The notes below the pieces were generated by a model. It was not told the DNA's origin and ran no database searches. It saw nothing but the letters and a program-made list of their open reading frames with translations. The translations under genes were made by a program, and so were the position numbers. DNA of 32,000 nucleotides from Bdellovibrionales bacterium (GTDB lineage: Bacteria; Bdellovibrionota; UBA1018): positions 9,481 through 41,480 of the forward strand of contig JAFEAP010000030.1 of the NCBI GenBank assembly GCA_018266355.1, read 5' to 3'. The number at the start of each line of letters is the position of its first letter. Within the stretch, counting starts at the first letter, position 1. Positions 1-8,392 of the stretch are shown in pieces.

Positions 1-517
1 CGGGATTGCGGCGCCACGCGCGGAGCGATCGATTGAACGCGACCGGCGACTCGTCGGAAAACGTTCCGGCGGCGAAGCGGATCCTTCCGGGCGCGAGTCC
101 CTCGAGCGCGGCTCGGACGGCCTCGACGCCCGCGGCGACGTAGGCTTCGGCGACCGTCGGGATGAAACCGCCGACCGAGAGCGCGTAAAGCACGTCGGCC
201 GCGAACCCGCCCGGGGCGCTATGCGTGTGGGTCGCGGAAAGGATCAGTTCCTCGCGCGCGAGCCCCGTGCGCTTCCGGATCTCGGCGCGCAGCACCTCGG
301 TGACGAATCCCGTTTCGAGACAAAGCATCACGACGCGTTTCCCGTTCGGGGCGGAGATCGCGATCGCGCGGGCGTAAAGCGGCGTGGCCGCGCCCCGGGC
401 GACGTGTTCGTTATCCCCCCACCCGAGCATCGTCACGCCGCGAACCGGCACGCGGATCTCGCGTCGAGCGGCGCCGATCGAAAACAGGTCGCGCGAATCG
501 GACGCGGAAGCGCTCAT
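1..517 (-). CDS. Neutral/alkaline (non-lysosomal) ceramidase, N-terminal part; the gene continues beyond the left edge of the window
   Basis: I translated the minus strand by hand from the ATG at 517-515: MSASASDSRDLFSIGAARREIRVPVRGVTMLGWGDNEHVARGAATPLYARAIAIS...LILSATHTHSAPGGF...VAFNRSLRAW. The ATHTHS(A/G)PGG and NRSL motifs and the overall pattern match the bacterial neutral ceramidase N-terminal domain. It is absent from the ORF track because it is open at the window edge. The start overlaps the stop of the upstream gene as ATGA (514-517). Confidence 0.85.
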   Translation of the reverse strand, partial: MSASASDSRDLFSIGAARREIRVPVRGVTMLGWGDNEHVARGAATPLYARAIAISAPNGKRVVMLCLETGFVTEVLRAEIRKRTGLAREELILSATHTHSAPGGFAADVLYALSVGGFIPTVAEAYVAAGVEAVRAALEGLAPGRIRFAAGTFSDESPVAFNRSLRAWRRNP

Positions 518-1797
518 GCGAAAAAACTCCGAAGCTGATCGTTCAGGAAAACGCCCTTCGGATCGAGCTTCGCGCGGATTTCCTTGAACGCTTCCCATTT
601 CGGATAAAGCGCTCCGAGTTCTTTTCCGGTCAGGGTGTGCATCTTCCCCCAGTGCGGACGGCCGCCGTGGTTCCGGAAGATCGCCTCCGCGCGCCGGAAG
701 TAATCGGCATGCGGCATTCCCTTGTAGGAGTGGACGGCGATATACGCGGAATCTCGGCCGTGAGCCGGCGAGAGAAAGATGTCGTCGCCCTTCACGAACC
801 GGCACTCGATCGGGAAATGCACCCGCACGCGGTCGCGTTCGATCATCGCCATCAGTTCGCGGACGACGTCGGACATCCGTTCTGCCGGAACCGAGTATTC
901 CATTTCCTGGAAGCGCACGAGCCGCGGCATGCGGAAGATCCGGTGCGACCAATCGCGCTTCGTCGCCCCGCCCACGCCCCATCCGCAGATCTTCGCCACG
1001 ATCGGCGTCGCGCCGGGGATCCACCGGCTCGCCTCGCTCAGGAGCTTGAACACGCCGTTCTCGAGGACGAGGTCGTTCAGGAACTGTCCGAAATGCGAGG
1101 AAGGGTTTTCCTCGGTGACGTTCACCTCCTTCGTCTGGGCGACGTCGGTGTACGGGAACGTGAAGAACTCGAAGTTCCGGTTCTCGCGCGCGCGGCGATC
1201 GAGGTCGGAGAGGCAGGCGCTCGCGGACTCCTTCCGCTGCACGAGCTTCAATTTGTACGCGGGTACCGTGCGGAGCCGGACCTGCGTGAGGATACCGAGC
1301 GCGCCGAGCGAGACCTGGGCCGCGCGGAAGAGATCGCCGTCGGCCGCCGTCAGGTCGCGCGCTTCGCCGTCGGCGGTGACGAGGCGAAGGCCGGTGAGCT
1401 GGGTCGAGACGGATCCGAAGGCCTTTCCCGTGCCGTGGGTCCCCGTCGAAACGGTGCCCGCGATCGACTGCCGATCGATGTCGCCGAGGTTCTCGAGCCC
1501 GCGCCCGAGTCCGTGCAGGAGGTCGTTCAACTTCCAGAGTTTCGTGCCCGCCCAGGCCGTGATCTGCCCGTCGTCGCGCGTTTCGACGATGCCCTGGAGT
1601 CCGTCGAGCGAGACGAGCCGATCCTCGGTGCGGATCAGCGGGCTGAACGAATGGCCGCTGCCGATCACGCGGATCCGTCCGCCGCCTCGGTTCACTTCGG
1701 CGACCATCGCGCGGAGCGCGGACTCGGTTTCGGGAACCTCGTAGGCGGCCGGCTCGAATCGAACCGCTCCGGACCAGTTTTGGATCTGCTTCGTCAT
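514..1797 (-). CDS. FAD-linked oxidase of the D-arabinono-1,4-lactone / L-gulonolactone oxidase (ALO/GULO) family
   Basis: 427-aa ORF with non-shadow composition. The N-terminal FAD-binding PCMH-type pattern (IRVIGSGHSFSP) and the C-terminal ALO-domain signature (GGRPHWGK) are present. A strong RBS (GGGGGAGAAG) lies directly upstream of the ATG at 1797. Confidence 0.85.
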   Translation of the reverse strand: MTKQIQNWSGAVRFEPAAYEVPETESALRAMVAEVNRGGGRIRVIGSGHSFSPLIRTEDRLVSLDGLQGIVETRDDGQITAWAGTKLWKLNDLLHGLGRGLENLGDIDRQSIAGTVSTGTHGTGKAFGSVSTQLTGLRLVTADGEARDLTAADGDLFRAAQVSLGALGILTQVRLRTVPAYKLKLVQRKESASACLSDLDRRARENRNFEFFTFPYTDVAQTKEVNVTEENPSSHFGQFLNDLVLENGVFKLLSEASRWIPGATPIVAKICGWGVGGATKRDWSHRIFRMPRLVRFQEMEYSVPAERMSDVVRELMAMIERDRVRVHFPIECRFVKGDDIFLSPAHGRDSAYIAVHSYKGMPHADYFRRAEAIFRNHGGRPHWGKMHTLTGKELGALYPKWEAFKEIRAKLDPKGVFLNDQLRSFFA

Positions 1798-1809
1798 CTT
1801 CTCCCCCGC

Positions 1810-2997
1810 CTACCCGAAGTTCCGGCCTTCGCCGCGATACGTGAGCACCGTCTCCGCGACGCGTTCCCCCTGGACGAGGTGGATCGAATCGAAGCGCTCG
1901 CAGAGCTCCCCCGCTTTCGCGTGCCGGAAGAAAACCGAATCGCCGATCTTCAGCGCCGCCGCGCCGTGCCCACCGACCGGCGTTTGGACCTCGCCGGCGC
2001 CTTCGTGCGGGAAAAGTTCGAGGTCCGGGGGCAGGAACGGAGTCGGAAGCTTCGCCTTCCCCGCCGCGCCGGAAGCGACGTAACCGCCGCCGAAACACGT
2101 CGCGATCCCGCGCTCGGGCTTGCGAGTCACGGCGAGCGCGAAACCGGCGGCGGGTTCGCCGCGGAACGCGCGGTAGCCGTCGAAAAGCGTCGGCGAGAAA
2201 AGACCGCTGCCGGCGGCGAGTTCGGTCACCGAGTCGTCCGTCCGGGTCCGTTCGAAACTCCCGGTCCCCCCGCCGTTCACGAAACGCGGCGAGAATCCCG
2301 CGGCGCGGATTGCGGAGACGAGCGACGACCGGCGGGCCGCCACCCTCGACCAGGTCCATCGCTTCAGGAAACGCGCCGGCGCCGAAAGATCGTCCACGCC
2401 CGCGATTTGGGCCTCGTAACCCATCACTCCGTCGAGCGTGAGGAGCGGCAGATCGGCGAGCGCGGAGAGCATCGCGCGGACGCGGTCGACGTCGTTCAGC
2501 CACGAACGGTGCACGCCGAAGTGAAGGCCGGGCAGCCGCACGGAAAGGTCCAAGTCGAACGCGATCGGAAAGACGACCGCGTGCGCGTTCGCCGCCGCGG
2601 CGAGGATCTTCAGGTGCTCGGGCCGATCGACCATGAGGGTGATCTCCGCGCCTTTCTTCAGCGCGGCCGCCGTCTCGGCGAGTTCGGCTTCTTCCGTCGC
2701 GGGATAGGCGACGACGATGTCGCGGATGCCTTGGCTCGCGAGGAAGACCGCCTCCGAGGCGCGGTACGCGAGCACGCCGGCGTAACCCGGAATCGCGAGC
2801 ACGCGTTTCAAGAGCGCGACGCTCCGGACGGATTTGCTCGCGACGCGGATCGGGAGCTTTCCCGCCCGCGCCCGAAGCGCGTGCGCGTTCCGATCGAAGA
2901 GATCGAGGTCGACGTAAGCGAACGGGCGCCCCCGCCCGCGGAAAACCCGGGAGTAGCGCGCGTACCGTGCTTCGAGGCTTTCGACCGGATCGTTCAT
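1810..2997 (-). CDS. PLP-dependent enzyme with alanine-racemase N-terminal (fold type III) domain; D-serine dehydratase / D-threonine aldolase-like 'amino acid deaminase/aldolase'
   Basis: 395-aa ORF. It has a candidate PLP-lysine context (IRVASKSVRS), a TIM-barrel-like N-terminal pattern and a C-terminal beta domain. The family call comes from the overall sequence pattern only, and substrate is not assignable. It lies 4 nt downstream of the NHL gene stop and 12 nt upstream of the oxidase start. Confidence 0.65.
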   Translation of the reverse strand: MNDPVESLEARYARYSRVFRGRGRPFAYVDLDLFDRNAHALRARAGKLPIRVASKSVRSVALLKRVLAIPGYAGVLAYRASEAVFLASQGIRDIVVAYPATEEAELAETAAALKKGAEITLMVDRPEHLKILAAAANAHAVVFPIAFDLDLSVRLPGLHFGVHRSWLNDVDRVRAMLSALADLPLLTLDGVMGYEAQIAGVDDLSAPARFLKRWTWSRVAARRSSLVSAIRAAGFSPRFVNGGGTGSFERTRTDDSVTELAAGSGLFSPTLFDGYRAFRGEPAAGFALAVTRKPERGIATCFGGGYVASGAAGKAKLPTPFLPPDLELFPHEGAGEVQTPVGGHGAAALKIGDSVFFRHAKAGELCERFDSIHLVQGERVAETVLTYRGEGRNFG

Positions 2998-3001
2998 CGC
3001 A

Positions 3002-5050
3002 TCACGGCTTCTTCAAGGCGACGTCGATTTTCTCGGCTCCCGCCGGATCGACCTTCACCGGGAAACTCACGCTCGCGATCTCGCAAACGGCGTTCTTGCC
3101 GTCCATGCAGAAGTAGAACGTCCCCTGGAGCGTGTAGGCCATGCCCGTCTTGAGTCCTTCCGGAGAAAGAACGGTCGTCTTCACGAGATCTTCGCGTTTC
3201 CACTCCTGCTTCAGCTTTTCCTTCGGCGGCTCGCCCTCGAAAAGCCGTGCGTAAGACGGACCTTCCTCGTTCAGGTGGTATCCCTCGGGAAGGACCACCC
3301 GGATCGTCGGATTCGTCCGATTCACCACCGCTTCCGGGGTCTCGATCCGGTTCGGCAGACGCACCGAGATCCGTTTCGAGGCGGCGACCGTGGCGGAAGC
3401 ACCGGCTGCGGAACCCGGAGTTCCGGTCTCGACCGCTTTTTCCCCGTCCACCCGCATGCGTTCGACCTGGTTCGTCGTGCGGTTCCAAAGCACGAGCCGG
3501 TGGTTGTTCGTGTCGGAGATCGCGAACATCCCGTCGGCCAGCCGCTCGATTCCCGAAGGTTCGTTCAAGCGCGCCTTCGCGGCCTCGACGGGACCTTCGT
3601 CGCCGCTCGCGCCGGGTTTCCCGTCGCCGATCACCGTCTCGAGGGTTTGTTTCGGCGGGTCGTAGCGGCGAATCGCGTGGTTATACGTGTCCGCGACGAA
3701 GATGCCCGTCACGTCGGCGAAGAGCGCGAGCGGGTGCTGGAGCTTCGCTTTTTTCCGTTCGCCGTCCTTGAATCCGAAGTCGAAGAGGCCCGAGCCGACG
3801 AGCGTACGCACGTAGCCCTCGAAATAGAACCGGAGCGAACTCGATTCGGCGTCGACGAAATAGAGGGAGCCGAGCAGGGAGCTGAGACCGCTCGGTTGGG
3901 CGAGGGTGTTCTTGTCCCCCTGCACGCCGTCGTCGATCGCCTCCACGCCGTTCCCGGCGATCACGTTCATCCGCTTCGATTTCAAGTCGAGCGACCAGAG
4001 CTCGTGAAGCCCCGCCATCGCGATCACGAGGTGATCGTCGTCGGGATGGAAGGCCACGTCCCACGGCGAGGCGAGCGGAGTCGAGAGCGCGGGCATCCCC
4101 TTCCCGTTCTTCGGGAGCGATCCCTGCGTGCCGGTGCCGGCGACGGTCGATACCGTTCTCGACTTCAAATCGATCTTCCGGACGGCGTGGTTCCCGGTAT
4201 CGGCGACGTAGAGCACTCCCTTGCCGACGGCGATTCCCTGCGGAAGGCGGAAGCGCGCTGAGGAATAACTTCCGTTCTTGAAACCGGCGTCGCCCGATTT
4301 ACCGATGCGGAAAGCGGGTTTCAGCTTCGTCGGCTCGGAGGCGTTCCAGGTGTAAGCCGCGATTTGGTGATGGCTCGAATCGGCGACGTAGAGCGTCTTC
4401 GCCTTTTCGTCGAACGCGATCTTCGACGGATAGAAAAATTCACCCTTCGCGACTTTATCCCGCTCTAGTTCGATCGGGAGGTTCGCTTTCGCGCGTTTCG
4501 GAAACGCCTTCATCGTCTCCTTGATCGCCTTCCGAAGCTCGGCGGTGTGACCCTCGCCGATGAACGTCTTCGCGACCTCGCCGTCGGGTTTCAGGAGTAC
4601 GAGCGTCGGCCAGGAACGCACGTCGAAAGCGCGCCAGATCCGGAAGTCTCGATCGTTCACCACCGGATGTCCGACGCCGTAGCGGAGGATCGCCTGGCGG
4701 ATCTGGTCGGTGTCTTTTTCGGTGTCGAATTTCGCCGAGTGCACGCCGATCACGACGAGGTCCTGCTTGAACTCCTTCTCGAGTTTCGCGAGTTCGGGAA
4801 TCGTCTGCATGCAGTTCACGCAGCAGTAGGTCCAGAAATCGAGGAGGACGATCTTGTCGCGCAAGTCTTCGACGGTGAGCGGACGCGAGACGTTCAACCA
4901 CTGGGTGCCCGGCGTAGCGATCGTGAAATGCGTGGTCGGCGGGATATACGGGCGCTCCGGCGCGTCTTCCGCGCGCGAAAACGACGAGGGAATCGCAAGG
5001 ACAAGAGCGATCAGACCGAAGCCCGACATCCATTTCGAAGCTTTTCTCAT
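3002..5050 (-). CDS. Secreted thioredoxin-fold (redoxin, CxxC) + NHL-repeat beta-propeller protein (NHLRC2-like architecture)
   Basis: 682 aa. There is an N-terminal signal peptide (MRKASKWMSGFGLIALVLAIPSSFSRA). The redoxin motif is LLDFWTYCCVNCMQT, containing the CVNC CxxC. It is followed by repeated NHL-type blades (YVADSSHHQI, LYVADTGNHAVRKI, VADTYNHAIRRY, ISDTNNHRLVLW). Confidence 0.85.
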   Translation of the reverse strand: MRKASKWMSGFGLIALVLAIPSSFSRAEDAPERPYIPPTTHFTIATPGTQWLNVSRPLTVEDLRDKIVLLDFWTYCCVNCMQTIPELAKLEKEFKQDLVVIGVHSAKFDTEKDTDQIRQAILRYGVGHPVVNDRDFRIWRAFDVRSWPTLVLLKPDGEVAKTFIGEGHTAELRKAIKETMKAFPKRAKANLPIELERDKVAKGEFFYPSKIAFDEKAKTLYVADSSHHQIAAYTWNASEPTKLKPAFRIGKSGDAGFKNGSYSSARFRLPQGIAVGKGVLYVADTGNHAVRKIDLKSRTVSTVAGTGTQGSLPKNGKGMPALSTPLASPWDVAFHPDDDHLVIAMAGLHELWSLDLKSKRMNVIAGNGVEAIDDGVQGDKNTLAQPSGLSSLLGSLYFVDAESSSLRFYFEGYVRTLVGSGLFDFGFKDGERKKAKLQHPLALFADVTGIFVADTYNHAIRRYDPPKQTLETVIGDGKPGASGDEGPVEAAKARLNEPSGIERLADGMFAISDTNNHRLVLWNRTTNQVERMRVDGEKAVETGTPGSAAGASATVAASKRISVRLPNRIETPEAVVNRTNPTIRVVLPEGYHLNEEGPSYARLFEGEPPKEKLKQEWKREDLVKTTVLSPEGLKTGMAYTLQGTFYFCMDGKNAVCEIASVSFPVKVDPAGAEKIDVALKKP

Positions 5051-5150
5051 GGCCCTATTTTAGGGAACTTCGGCCCTAAGGGAAACCCTCGATTTCGTTA
5101 GGAGATTATGGATTTTATCGCGGCTTTCAGGGACACTAAACCCGATCCTT

Positions 5151-6329
5151 ATGGTGGCCCAATTCCTCGGTGCTCTTTACGCAGCGGGAATCATCCTGGG
5201 AGGGGCGCTTCGCTTCTTCCCGATCTTTCCGCCCATGCGACCGCTCTGGCTCCTTCAGCTCACGGTGAGCGAGCTCGGGCTCCTTCTCGCCGTGCCGCTC
5301 GTCTTCATGGCGTTCCTCACCGCCCGTCGCCGCGACACGTTCTCGCCGATCTCCATCCTTTCCCCGATCGCGCTCGTCCTCGCGCTGCTTCCGATCTTCG
5401 AGACGATCGGGCAGGAACGGAACTGGGTTTGGAACCTCGACTACGGTCCGGGGCGTGACGCGAAGGTCGATGCCGGCCTCGGATCCCCGTACCTCGGCCC
5501 CCTCGCTCACCCTCTTTTCCGCTTCATGGACTTCTTTCAGGTCCCGATCCATCCCCTCGCGATCCGTGAGGATTTCGAAACTTCGGACGGCGCGAAACTT
5601 CCGATCTACGTCTACCTCTCGGCCGCTGGAAAGGGAGGCGCGCCTCGCCCCTGGATCCTCTCGATCCACGGGGGCGGATGGTCGAGCGGCGATCCGAGGG
5701 ACCTCGACCAGACCTATCAGGATCTCCTCGAGGCCGGATATAACGTCGTCGCCCCGAGCTATCGTTTCGCGCCGACCTACGCTTGGCCCCGTCAAGAAGC
5801 CGACATCGAAACCGCTTATCAGTACGCGATAGCGAACGCGGCACGCTTCTCGCTCGACCCGAAGCAAGTCTGGCTCCTCGGACGTTCCGCCGGAGGTCAG
5901 ATCGCGTTGAAGGTCGCCTACGCGTCGAAGGTCGTCACCGGCGTGCGCGGCGTGATCGCGCTCTACTCCCCGACCGACCTCGACTTCGGATACCGGTGGG
6001 CCGAAGAGCCCGACGTTTTGAACTCTCGCCAGCTCCTGCGCGACTTGATCGGAACGACCCCGGATGTCGGAGCGGAAAAATACCGGGACGCCTCCCCGCT
6101 CGCCGACGTCGGCCCGAATTCGCCGCCGACGCTCCTCCTCACCGGGCGCGCGGATCCGCTCGTGTGGTACCGGCACGCGGACCGGCTCGCCGACGCGCTC
6201 AAGGCGGCGAAAGTCCGCGTCGTCCGCCTCGAACTCCCGTGGGCGACCCACGGATTCGATTATTTCCCGAATTCGCCCGGCGGTCAGATCGCGCGAAACG
6301 CGATCCTCCGCTTCATGTCCAGTAAGTAG
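5151..6329 (+). CDS. Membrane-anchored alpha/beta hydrolase (esterase/lipase, HSL-type fold-3 family)
   Basis: 392 aa. The N-terminus has about 3 hydrophobic helices. It has the oxyanion motif SIHGGGW, the nucleophile elbow GRSAGG, and C-terminal Asp/His candidates (RADPLV, WATHGFD). An in-frame TAG at 5061-5063 limits upstream extension, and the first ATG after it is at 5151. Confidence 0.85.
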   Translation: MVAQFLGALYAAGIILGGALRFFPIFPPMRPLWLLQLTVSELGLLLAVPLVFMAFLTARRRDTFSPISILSPIALVLALLPIFETIGQERNWVWNLDYGPGRDAKVDAGLGSPYLGPLAHPLFRFMDFFQVPIHPLAIREDFETSDGAKLPIYVYLSAAGKGGAPRPWILSIHGGGWSSGDPRDLDQTYQDLLEAGYNVVAPSYRFAPTYAWPRQEADIETAYQYAIANAARFSLDPKQVWLLGRSAGGQIALKVAYASKVVTGVRGVIALYSPTDLDFGYRWAEEPDVLNSRQLLRDLIGTTPDVGAEKYRDASPLADVGPNSPPTLLLTGRADPLVWYRHADRLADALKAAKVRVVRLELPWATHGFDYFPNSPGGQIARNAILRFMSSK

Positions 6330-6330
6330 G

Positions 6331-8373
6331 CTACTGGTTCCCCGAACGGGCGAACTTGAACGGGAAGGTGAACGTCACCGTTCCGCCCTGCGGAACCGGG
6401 AAGTCGATCCGGCGAAGCACGCCGAGCACGCAGCGCTCGACGTTCGCGTTCCCCATCGACGAGCTCTTGATCCCCGCGTCGGTGATCCGCCCCGAGGAGC
6501 CGATGACCGAAGTCGTGGTGATCGTGCCCGCGAGGTTCGGAAGACCCGCGTTCACTTCCTTCTCGTAGCAATACCGGAACGCGTCCTTATGCGCTTCGAT
6601 CGCGGCCGCGATGGCCGACGTGTCCATCGACCCGGTCACGACGCCTTCGCCGTCCCCGCCGAGGCGGAGCGCGACGCGCGAGCCGCCGCCGATGATTCCC
6701 GTGCCCTTGCCCGCGGCGCCCAAGCCCGTGCCGACCCGACCTCCGCCGCGGCCCTTGTCCGCGAGACCGCCGAGCCCCTCGGCGTCGCCGCCGCCGCCCT
6801 TGCCCTCGCCCGAGAGCGCCTGACCGCCCTTACCGAGGGTCGAGAAGTTTCCGAATCCCTGCAGTTCCGAGCCGCCCGTACCGAGCTTCGCGTTCGTGTT
6901 GCCGAGGATGTTCCCGACCGACGTCACGGCGCCCTTCAGAAGGTCGACGTTCCCTTGGTCCTGGACTTGGGAACTGCCGCCGCCCGCGCCCTTGCCGCCT
7001 TGGGGCGAGGGGCGTTTCGCATGCTGTTGGTGCGTCTTCGACGGGGCGGCGTGCTTGTCGCCGCGTTGGCCCTCGGCCCCCTTGGCTTTCGCACCGGCGC
7101 CTTCCTTCGCTTCGTTCTGCCGTTTCGCGCCCGGACCGCCCTTGACGTTCTTGTCCGAAACGTTCTTGTTCACTTCGATCGTCTTCGCCGGTTCCTTCTT
7201 CTTCGTCGGCTGGACTTCGACCTTCACGTTCTTCGGCGGTTCTTTCTTCGGTTCCGGTTCCGGCTTCGTCGGCGCCTTCTCCTCGACCTTCGGTTCCGGC
7301 GGCGCGATCTCCTTCGGTTTCGGGATATTCACCGTCGGCTGGTAGATGATCGTCGCGAGCCGCTCCGGGAGCTGCTCGACTTCGATGTTGTCGTTCAAAT
7401 GCACGTTCATCGCCGCGAAAATCAGGGCGAGCGTGAGCGCGAGCGAACCGAACATCACGTTCCGGAAGAACGGATCCCGCTCGAGCAGCCGGCGAGCCTT
7501 CAGGCGCGGCGGAGCGGCGGTGTACGAGAAATAGAAGTCGACTTCGCCGAGCTTGATCTTCGCGAACTCGTTCTTCCCGAGATTAAGCGTCCGCGAGCCG
7601 GTCACCTGCCCGAACTGCTCGAGCGACATCAGCTGGCCGGAGCGCTGGATCACGCCCTTCATGCTCGGATCGAGGGAGATCTGGTAGCCGTCACCGCCGC
7701 GTACGGCGATCGGATAGAGCGAACTCGAAAGCGTCGACGGGATCGCGAAGTCGGCCGCGCGGTCCGCGCCGACGGTGACGTCGGCGTCGTTCACGAAGTG
7801 TTCGACGTCGAGGATCGTCGAGGACCAGGACATGACGACTTCGAGCGCCTGCTTCGAGGTCGGGCGATAGTCGAAGATCTCGTACACGTCGCGCTCGTCC
7901 TGAAGGTTCAGCGGCGCGAGGTCTTCCTTCTCGTCGGCGATCAACTTTCCGTAAGAGGTTTCGCGCACGCGGTCCGTCGTTTTGATCGCGTTCGGATCTT
8001 CTACGGCGAAACGCAGCCGGAACCGGCCGATCGTGATTTCGTCGCCGGTCTTGATCGAGGCCGTGACGTGCTTCGTTCCGTTGATGAAGACGCCGGTATC
8101 GGACGCGAGGTCGAAGATCATCGCGCGCGGGCTGCCGCTCGCCTCCGTCGAGATCTCGATGACGGCGTGGATCGGGGAGACCCCGTCGCCGTGGAGGTGA
8201 ACGTCGGCCGAGACGACCGAACCGAGGACGATGCGATCCTTGTGGAGGCGATAAATCCGCCCCGCGCTCGGCGCGATCTGGCTGAACACGACCAAGTGCC
8301 GCGGCGTTCCCGTCGGCACGGGGATCGCGGAGGGATTCGGGGTGGAAGTCGGTTTCGTCGGGGTATCGCTCAT
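6331..8373 (-). CDS. FHA-domain / single-pass / Pro-Lys-rich and Gly-rich linker / AgmX-PglI C-terminal domain protein (TonB-like; GltG/PglI-type gliding motility protein)
   Basis: 680 aa. The N-terminal FHA pattern is RIYRLHKDRIVLGS...SPIHAVIE...DLASDTGVFINGTK...GDEITIGRFRLRF. A TM helix follows (VMFGSLALTLALIFAAM), then a TonB-like PKPKEIAPPEPKVEEKAPTKPEPEPKKEPP spacer and a Gly-rich tract. The C-terminal tail is HKDAFRYCYEKEV...VERCVLGVLRRIDFPVPQGGTVTFTFPFKF, characteristic of the AgmX/PglI tail domain. RBS GAGGA lies 7 nt upstream of the ATG at 8373. Confidence 0.75.
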   Translation of the reverse strand: MSDTPTKPTSTPNPSAIPVPTGTPRHLVVFSQIAPSAGRIYRLHKDRIVLGSVVSADVHLHGDGVSPIHAVIEISTEASGSPRAMIFDLASDTGVFINGTKHVTASIKTGDEITIGRFRLRFAVEDPNAIKTTDRVRETSYGKLIADEKEDLAPLNLQDERDVYEIFDYRPTSKQALEVVMSWSSTILDVEHFVNDADVTVGADRAADFAIPSTLSSSLYPIAVRGGDGYQISLDPSMKGVIQRSGQLMSLEQFGQVTGSRTLNLGKNEFAKIKLGEVDFYFSYTAAPPRLKARRLLERDPFFRNVMFGSLALTLALIFAAMNVHLNDNIEVEQLPERLATIIYQPTVNIPKPKEIAPPEPKVEEKAPTKPEPEPKKEPPKNVKVEVQPTKKKEPAKTIEVNKNVSDKNVKGGPGAKRQNEAKEGAGAKAKGAEGQRGDKHAAPSKTHQQHAKRPSPQGGKGAGGGSSQVQDQGNVDLLKGAVTSVGNILGNTNAKLGTGGSELQGFGNFSTLGKGGQALSGEGKGGGGDAEGLGGLADKGRGGGRVGTGLGAAGKGTGIIGGGSRVALRLGGDGEGVVTGSMDTSAIAAAIEAHKDAFRYCYEKEVNAGLPNLAGTITTTSVIGSSGRITDAGIKSSSMGNANVERCVLGVLRRIDFPVPQGGTVTFTFPFKFARSGNQ

Positions 8374-8392
8374 GTTCGTTCCTCTGCCGTCC

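Noticed and set aside
637-3153. 838-aa plus-strand ORF (and 779..1744) spanning the oxidase and PLP genes
   Set aside because: Its composition is extremely Arg/Pro/Ala/Asp/Glu-rich with no recognisable domain. It lies antisense to two ORFs with clear family signatures, so it is a typical high-GC shadow ORF.
5108-5458. 116-aa ORF starting at an ATG just after a GGAG (5101-5104) in the divergent intergenic region
   Set aside because: The RBS spacing is very short (3 nt). After about 15 codons the translation becomes Arg/Pro/Ala-rich and lies out of frame over the hydrolase gene, whose own frame has TM helices and catalytic motifs. A tiny leader peptide cannot be excluded, but it is unsupported.
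6600-7330. Low-complexity, quasi-repetitive DNA (GC-rich GGC/GCC and CCG/AAG-rich tracts) that might be mistaken for a repeat array or CRISPR
   Set aside because: There are no regular repeat-spacer units. The tract is in frame and encodes the Gly-rich and Pro/Lys-rich linkers of the TonB-like protein.
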